DNA of 64,000 nucleotides from an uncultured Gammaproteobacteria bacterium (GTDB lineage Bacteria; Pseudomonadota; Gammaproteobacteria; JAURND01): NCBI GenBank assembly GCA_963714975.1, contig CAVQQD010000003.1, positions 782,624 to 846,623 of the forward strand, read 5' to 3'. Shown piece by piece: positions 58,478 to 64,000 of this stretch (position 1 is its first letter; each line of letters starts with the position of its first letter). The notes under the pieces were generated by a model. It saw only the letters and a program-made list of their open reading frames with translations, ran no database searches and was not told where the DNA came from. The position numbers and the translations under genes were made by a program.

Positions 58478-59467
58478 ATGAAAGCTATTCGTATCCATCA
58501 AACTGGTGATCCCAGCGTCCTGCAATTAGAAAACATTGAACGACCAAAGCCAGAAGCGGGGCAGGCGTTGGTTCGATTAAAAGCTGCAGGAGTGAATTTC
58601 ATTGATATCTATATGCGCTCAGGACGCGATCCCACCCATGTACCTTGTCCTTATACCCCAGGTTTTGAAGGGGCAGGCATTGTCGAAGCAGTCGGTGAGG
58701 GTGTTCACGAAGTAAAACCAGGGGATCGGGTCGCATATTCTTTGAGTTTAGGCTCCTATGCTGAATATAATTTAGTAAAAGCTTGGCAATTAATTCCGCT
58801 ACCGGAAAGTTTAAGTTTTGAGCAAGCAGCGGCATTTCCTTTGCAAGGGATGACTGCGCACTATTTGCTGCATGAGTATTATCAAGTGAAACCTGGAGAT
58901 TATGTGTTAGTTCATGCTGCGGCAGGCGGGGTGGGGCTTTTACTGGTTGAATGGCTCAAACATCGCGGTGCCACTGTCATTGGCACCGTATCTACGCCTG
59001 AAAAGGCAGAAGTTGCTCGCCAAGCCGGAGCAGATCATGTCATTTTATATACCAGCCAAGATTTTGTTGCTGAGACCAAGAAAATCACGCAAGATCGAGG
59101 CGTAGATTTTATTATTGATGGGGTTGGTAAATCGACATTCACTAAAGATTTAGAAGCTGTTCGTTATCGAGGACATATTTGTATTTTTGGTTCTTCCAGT
59201 GGTTCTGCAGAGCCTTTAGCGCCTAATTCACTGCAATCAAAATCTCTGACAGTTTCTGGTGGCAGTTTGTTTAATTATGTAAATTCGCGTGAAGAAATTT
59301 TAACGCGTGCCCATGCGGTGTTACAAGGAGTTCAGGAAGGGTGGTTGAAATTGCGAATTGATAATGTTCTGTCACTCGAGCAAGCAGCAGAAGCGCATCG
59401 AATATTGGAAGGTCGCAAGACAGTTGGTAAAGTGGTATTAAAAATTTCGAAAGGTAAAGGATATTAA
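58478..59467 (+). CDS. NADPH:quinone oxidoreductase (MDR superfamily, Qor-like), copy 1
   Basis: MKAIRIHQTGDPSVLQLENIERP...AAGVNFIDIYMRSG, the cofactor motif HAAAGGVGLLLVEWLK, and a 329-aa length. Confidence 0.85.
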   Translation: MKAIRIHQTGDPSVLQLENIERPKPEAGQALVRLKAAGVNFIDIYMRSGRDPTHVPCPYTPGFEGAGIVEAVGEGVHEVKPGDRVAYSLSLGSYAEYNLVKAWQLIPLPESLSFEQAAAFPLQGMTAHYLLHEYYQVKPGDYVLVHAAAGGVGLLLVEWLKHRGATVIGTVSTPEKAEVARQAGADHVILYTSQDFVAETKKITQDRGVDFIIDGVGKSTFTKDLEAVRYRGHICIFGSSSGSAEPLAPNSLQSKSLTVSGGSLFNYVNSREEILTRAHAVLQGVQEGWLKLRIDNVLSLEQAAEAHRILEGRKTVGKVVLKISKGKGY

Positions 59468-59675
59468 TCTATGTTAGATCTCTAGGGTTTAAGAGGATTT
59501 ATGTTTTTCGATAGCGAGCTTAACTTTATTTAACGTTTTTGCTGTGACTTTATCCTGGGTTTTGATCTTGCTTTTGTCAAAGGTGACATTTCTAAATTGC
59601 TTTGACAAGGTGAATCTTGGCGATAGGCAAGGCATAGTATAGAATGGCAATTATTTTAAAAGGAGAAAGAAATTT

Positions 59676-60644
59676 ATGAAAGCTATTCGTATCCATCAAA
59701 CTGGTGATCCCAGCGTCCTGCAATTAGAGAACATTGAACGACCAAAGCTCGAAGTAGGGCAGGTGTTGGTTCGATTAAAAGCTGCAGGAGTGAATTTCAT
59801 TGATATCTATATGCGCTCAGGACGCTATCCCACCCATTTACCTTATACCCCAGGTTTTGAAGGGGCAGGCATTGTTGAAGAAGTCGGTGAGGGTGTTCAC
59901 GAAGTAAAACCAGGGGATCGGGTCGCATATTCTTCGAGTTTAGGCTCCTATGCTGAATATAATTTAGTAAAAGCTTGGCAATTAATTCCGTTACCGGAAA
60001 GTTTAAGTTTCGAGCAAGCAGCGGCATTTCCTTTACAAGGAATGACTGCGCACTATTTGCTGCATGAGTATTATCAAGTGAAATCTGGAGATTATGTGTT
60101 AGTTCATGCTGCGGCAGGCGGGGTGGGGCTTTTACTGGTTGAATGGCTCAAACATCGGGGTGCCACTGTCATTGGCACCGTATCTACGCCTGAAAAGGCA
60201 GAAGTTGCTCGCCAAGCCGGAGCAGATCATGTCATTTTATATACCAGCCAAGATTTTGTTGCTGAGACCAAGAAAATCACGCAAGATCGAGGCGTAGATT
60301 TTATTATTGATGGGGTTGGTAAATCGACATTCACTAAAGATTTAGAAGCTGTTCGTTATCGAGGACATATTTGTATTTTTGGTTCTTCCAGTGGTTCTGC
60401 AGAGCCTTTAGCGCCTAATTCACTGCAATCAAAATCTCTGACAGTTTCTGGTGGCAGTTTGTTTAATTATGTAAATTCGCGTGAAGAAATTTTAACGCGT
60501 GCCCATGCGGTGTTACAAGGAGTTCAGGAAGGGTGGTTGAAATTGCGAATTGATAATGTTCTGCCACTCGAGCAAGCACCAGAAGCGCATCGAATATTAG
60601 AAGGGCGCAAGACAATTGGTAAAGTGGTATTAAAAATTTCGTAA
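59676..60644 (+). CDS. NADPH:quinone oxidoreductase (Qor-like), copy 2 (tandem paralog)
   Basis: About 95% nucleotide identity to copy 1, including ~65 nt of upstream sequence (GGCGA(C/T)AGGCAAGGCATAGTATAGAATGGCAATTATTTTAAAAG). Differences include a 7-aa deletion near residue 50 and a shorter C-terminus. Confidence 0.85.
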   Translation: MKAIRIHQTGDPSVLQLENIERPKLEVGQVLVRLKAAGVNFIDIYMRSGRYPTHLPYTPGFEGAGIVEEVGEGVHEVKPGDRVAYSSSLGSYAEYNLVKAWQLIPLPESLSFEQAAAFPLQGMTAHYLLHEYYQVKSGDYVLVHAAAGGVGLLLVEWLKHRGATVIGTVSTPEKAEVARQAGADHVILYTSQDFVAETKKITQDRGVDFIIDGVGKSTFTKDLEAVRYRGHICIFGSSSGSAEPLAPNSLQSKSLTVSGGSLFNYVNSREEILTRAHAVLQGVQEGWLKLRIDNVLPLEQAPEAHRILEGRKTIGKVVLKIS

Positions 60645-60647
60645 AAT

Positions 60648-60795
60648 AATTCCTCCCTTTGGAAAAGGGAGGTTAGGAGGGATTTAAAGAAGTATGGAGA
60701 ATCCCCCATACAGCCCTTTGCAATAGGGAGGTTAGGGGGATTTCCCTCATCTTTTTAAATCCCCTTTAATCCCCCTTTTTCAAAGGAGGAAATTA
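60648..60795. repeat. Three tandem family-2 palindromic elements in the qor-kinase intergenic region
   Basis: The three units are AATTCCTCCCTTTGGAAAAGGGAGGTTAGGAGGGATTT, AATCCCCCATACAGCCCTTTGCAATAGGGAGGTTAGGGGGATTT and AAATCCCCTTTAATCCCCCTTTTTCAAAGGAGGAAATT. The spacing is irregular, each unit is itself a palindrome, and no cas genes are present. Confidence 0.6.
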
Positions 60796-60905
60796 TTTTT
60801 GTCCCCTACTACAGGGTTTCTCACAATTTTCAAGAGGGTATTTAAGAAAATACTAATATTCATTTGGTAAGATACCCGCAACTCAAGGTAAAGACCAGGA
60901 ATACC

Positions 60906-63170
60906 ATGTTAGAACACTTAGAATACATCGCCCCAATTGACCCAGAAAAGCCAAATTTCAACGCCGATTTCAATTCTAAAATTATAGACTCTCTATTTTC
61001 GGAATCGAAAGATATAGGTCTTAGCGGTACTCAGGTAACCCAAGTTCTTGCTGTCGAAAGCAAGGAGCTGCGAATCAGCAGGCAATTTCGAGGAACCACT
61101 CTTCCAGAACAGGAAACAAAAGAGCGCACGGAAAAAAAGGGGCCCACCTCTAATGTAGTGTCCCTTCTGCGAAAATCAAACTCATCCATCAATGCATTAA
61201 AATCTCTGGCTGACCAAAAAGAGATTGGTGCTGATAGCCTTGTTTGGCCCTTGTCGCTAAGAGCGCGAGGAATCAGGCGTCAAAGAGATCAGCATGGGGT
61301 CAGTAAGATTTCTGTCAATCAACAAATTTTTGTGGCAGCTAAAAAAGATCTGAAACATCTTGATTTACGCGACTTGACCTTAGAGTCTCTGCAAATTATT
61401 ACAAAAAGATTGGTCCAGTTAATAAATAATTTCCATCGAAACAATCGGGTATATCTAGACGTCAAGCCTCCTAATATCTTAGTATTGGAAACTGATCAAG
61501 GCTCTTTGTACATTAAGTTTTGTGATATTGAAGGTTTTGTTCGTGTGAATGACGCAGGGATATTAAAAACGGAGGACGCTGAATTTTCTGTTGGTACACC
61601 ACGTTATTGCCCTCCGGAAATTAATCCATGGAGCGGGAGCGGCGTTGGTCAAGAAAATCTAAAGAAGGCCGCGGGCTTTTCCCTAGGGATAGCCCTGTAT
61701 GAAATTCTATATAAAGCAATCCGAAATAATAATAAATGGGGGATGCTTAAAAAAAACAAATGGGGAATAAATCTTAAAAAGACCCCAGAAAAAGTGGGAA
61801 TGATCCTTGAAGAGCGCACGAGGCAATCAAGCGATGTTGCAGCAAATCTGGCAAAGCTAAAATCCCAATTAACCACCGCTAAATGTCAACTATCAACAAC
61901 GGACCGAGAAAAATTAGTCCACCTCATTGACCTAATTACCAGCCTAACCCAGGCAGATCCTAATCAACGCCCCGACCTCAGCGAAGTCACTCGTCATGCA
62001 TTTTTTAGCGATGACATTACCAAAGATATTGCCCGCTGGTCTAATCTTATTTACCAGCAGGTAAAGCCTAAATCCGATACTTTAACCCTGGATTATGTGC
62101 AGCAATATCTGAAAGAAGAACAATACCAATCAGCACCTTTTAAACCCACTCTAGCCGATTTAAGCTTAATTATTTTTCACTTGGTTGGTGATTCCCTGCA
62201 TAAGACAATCAAAGATGAAGAATCCACTAGTGCTCCGTCGGAAGAAAAAAAATATTCCAGTGGCCTCAATAATGACTCACTGAAAGATCCAATTGGTCCC
62301 ATTACGAAAGAACAAGTCGAAGATCGTTTGGAAGTAGAAGAATATATTGATGGACAATATTTAACTACACGTAGATTACCGCTTGAGGATCCCTTTTTGC
62401 TTCTGGGAGCTTATGATGGAGAAATTGTTCATCGCTCGCTGATATTTCATCAAAATTTAGATTTGATCTTTAATTTTTTACTGGGAAGAATCGAGGTTAG
62501 AAACTTAGATACCATTATAAATACATTCAGAGTCATTAATGAGCAGCGTGAACAAATACTACAATTAATCGAGAAAAATCCTCAGTCTAAAATTCCACAA
62601 TTGGACAAACTTCGAGAGAGTTTAAAAAACAATATCCTAACATCTAAACCTAAATTTGAAAATTTGAATAAAATTTTTTGTGGTTTTATTGAGTTAGATA
62701 AAGCCGTTTCCAAAGAAAATAAAGGAAGCGATAATCCCGCTGAAACTTCTAGCAAACAAAAATCTAAGGAATTATTTCTTTTCATTCAAACAGAAAGGCA
62801 GCAACGGCTTAAAGCAAAACAATCAGATGAAGGGCTTGAGCAGTTACAACGAATTTTAATTTATCCCCAGTCAACCATTAAACTAGAATTGCAATCAAAG
62901 TTCTGGTGTAATTTTTCATTTTTTGCCTCAACTTTAGGCTATGTAGGCGGAGGATTATCCTTGGCTGATAGTTGGCTAGATCTCTCTAATTTAGCGATTG
63001 GTAGCTTAGGTCTCTATGTTGGCATGACTGCACTAGGGCTTAGCACGATTTTATTGGTTATTGCTTTCATTAAACTATGCCTAATCAATCAACAGAACCA
63101 AAAACTAACAACTGACTATCAAACAGATTTAAATGCGTTGGCGGAAGGAGCCGATTATTCAAACGCTTGA
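60906..63170 (+). CDS. Atypical protein-kinase-like domain protein with a C-terminal two-helix membrane anchor (effector-like)
   Basis: The catalytic-loop-like motif is YLDVKPPNILV and KFCDIEGF replaces DFG; PRYCPPE is present. C-terminal hydrophobic helices are FFASTLGYVGGGLSLA... and LGLSTILLVIAFIKLCLI. The ATG at 60906 has SD AGGAA; the ORF track starts at 60864. Confidence 0.6.
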   Translation: MLEHLEYIAPIDPEKPNFNADFNSKIIDSLFSESKDIGLSGTQVTQVLAVESKELRISRQFRGTTLPEQETKERTEKKGPTSNVVSLLRKSNSSINALKSLADQKEIGADSLVWPLSLRARGIRRQRDQHGVSKISVNQQIFVAAKKDLKHLDLRDLTLESLQIITKRLVQLINNFHRNNRVYLDVKPPNILVLETDQGSLYIKFCDIEGFVRVNDAGILKTEDAEFSVGTPRYCPPEINPWSGSGVGQENLKKAAGFSLGIALYEILYKAIRNNNKWGMLKKNKWGINLKKTPEKVGMILEERTRQSSDVAANLAKLKSQLTTAKCQLSTTDREKLVHLIDLITSLTQADPNQRPDLSEVTRHAFFSDDITKDIARWSNLIYQQVKPKSDTLTLDYVQQYLKEEQYQSAPFKPTLADLSLIIFHLVGDSLHKTIKDEESTSAPSEEKKYSSGLNNDSLKDPIGPITKEQVEDRLEVEEYIDGQYLTTRRLPLEDPFLLLGAYDGEIVHRSLIFHQNLDLIFNFLLGRIEVRNLDTIINTFRVINEQREQILQLIEKNPQSKIPQLDKLRESLKNNILTSKPKFENLNKIFCGFIELDKAVSKENKGSDNPAETSSKQKSKELFLFIQTERQQRLKAKQSDEGLEQLQRILIYPQSTIKLELQSKFWCNFSFFASTLGYVGGGLSLADSWLDLSNLAIGSLGLYVGMTALGLSTILLVIAFIKLCLINQQNQKLTTDYQTDLNALAEGADYSNA

Positions 63171-63186
63171 ATAACATTGCATTAAT

Positions 63187-63459
63187 CTATTTTTCATCAA
63201 CTAATAGACGTAATTGTTCTTTTGCTTTTATCAATATGGCTTTTTGTTTTGAGTCTAAATTTTTTCCTGCCCGGTTAATATAGAAGTTCAACATCGACAT
63301 GGCTGATTGAGATGGGGTTCCTTTGCGTCGAGCACTATCTAATGCTGACTGCATTAACGATTTGGCAATTTTTTTTGGGTTGTCCCAAGTAAACACCCCT
63401 TCCTCAAGGTCGAGAGCATTACTTTCTTCGGTAACCTTTTGTGACCATTTCTTTTGCAT
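63187..63459 (-). CDS. DUF3175-family small protein
   Basis: 90 aa; W..KVTEESNALDLEEGVFT...IAKSL..SA..S.RRK......AMSMLNFYINRAGKNL matches the conserved DUF3175 pattern. Confidence 0.55.
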   Translation of the reverse strand: MQKKWSQKVTEESNALDLEEGVFTWDNPKKIAKSLMQSALDSARRKGTPSQSAMSMLNFYINRAGKNLDSKQKAILIKAKEQLRLLVDEK

Positions 63460-64000
63460 GAAACTTCCTTATATTTGCAGGTAAAGCATAAATAAGAATA
63501 GAGGCCATTACCATACTTACCCCAATACATTGAGTTAAGCCTATTTTTTCACCTAATGCAAACCAAGCAATGCCAACCGTCGCTATGGGCATAATTGCAG
63601 TGGAAAGTGCCGCCATCACAGCGTCAACTCTGGCGGATCCAATAGACCAAAAAACGTAAAATAAACCAGTGCAAACTCCAATTAAAGCTAGAATGAGCCA
63701 ATTGAGGGCTGGTAATCTTAATAATTCCAAATCTAAATAATAAAATAATAGAGGTAGTAATATTAATGCATTGATGCCATTGATAATTGAGGACATTAAG
63801 AATAAGGGTAAGCGGCTAGGGTGAAGCTTGGTTAAAATATAGTAGCTGGCTTCCGGAAGCAGCGATAGAAAAACGATAAAATTTCCGAGTAGTGACTGAT
63901 AGGAATTGATGTTAGTAACATGGGCAGAGCTGATTACGATCAGACCAACAGTTGCAAACGCCACACAAGCTGTTTTTTTTAAGCTAAAGGCTTCTTTCAG
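63419..64000 (-). CDS. EamA/DMT-family transporter, C-terminal part; the gene continues past the right edge
   Basis: Multiple hydrophobic helices carry the EamA-type motif ...IMPIATVGIAWFALGEKIGLTQCIGVSMVMASILIY. The frame stays open to position 64000. Confidence 0.6.
   Translation of the reverse strand: MKEAFSLKKTACVAFATVGLIVISSAHVTNINSYQSLLGNFIVFLSLLPEASYYILTKLHPSRLPLFLMSSIINGINALILLPLLFYYLDLELLRLPALNWLILALIGVCTGLFYVFWSIGSARVDAVMAALSTAIMPIATVGIAWFALGEKIGLTQCIGVSMVMASILIYALPANIRKFHAKEMVTKGYRRK

Noticed and set aside
60648-60795. Possible CRISPR array (short repeated GGGGGATTT-containing units)
   Set aside because: The units are themselves palindromic elements with irregular spacing and no unique spacers. 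There is no leader and no cas genes in the window. Copies of the same family also occur inside genes.

Overview
This 64-kb window looks like an accessory-rich chromosomal segment from an AT-rich, intracellular-type gammaproteobacterium (Legionellales-like; this placement is inference from gene content). Eukaryotic-like domain proteins are abundant: ankyrin, Sel1, WD40/pentapeptide, Ser/Thr kinases, SET, and an avidin. Housekeeping genes are rimK with a partner protease, tRNA-Asn(GTT), cydABX, trpS, msbA-lpxK, and an Lhr helicase. The other content, in order of interest:
- A family of palindromic elements, four copies of which sit in-frame inside two large genes: three in the NRPS and one in lhr.
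- A 9-kb formyltransferase-initiated NRPS (F-A-T-C-C-A-T-TE) followed directly by a hybrid PAS histidine kinase.
- Divergent from the NRPS, a frameshifted cyclodipeptide-synthase homolog abutting a PAS histidine kinase and receiver.
- A fragmented, high-GC STAND-like locus (pseudokinase, NACHT, pentapeptide, WD40).
- Two tandem gene duplications: the Ser/Thr kinases and the quinone oxidoreductases.
- A DarT/DarG module with a disrupted darT, next to integrase and IS4 transposase remnants.
- A perfect 150-bp GC-rich palindrome.
- A His/Tyr/Pro tandem-repeat secreted peptide.
All calls come from reading the sequence and ORF translations. No database searches were run.
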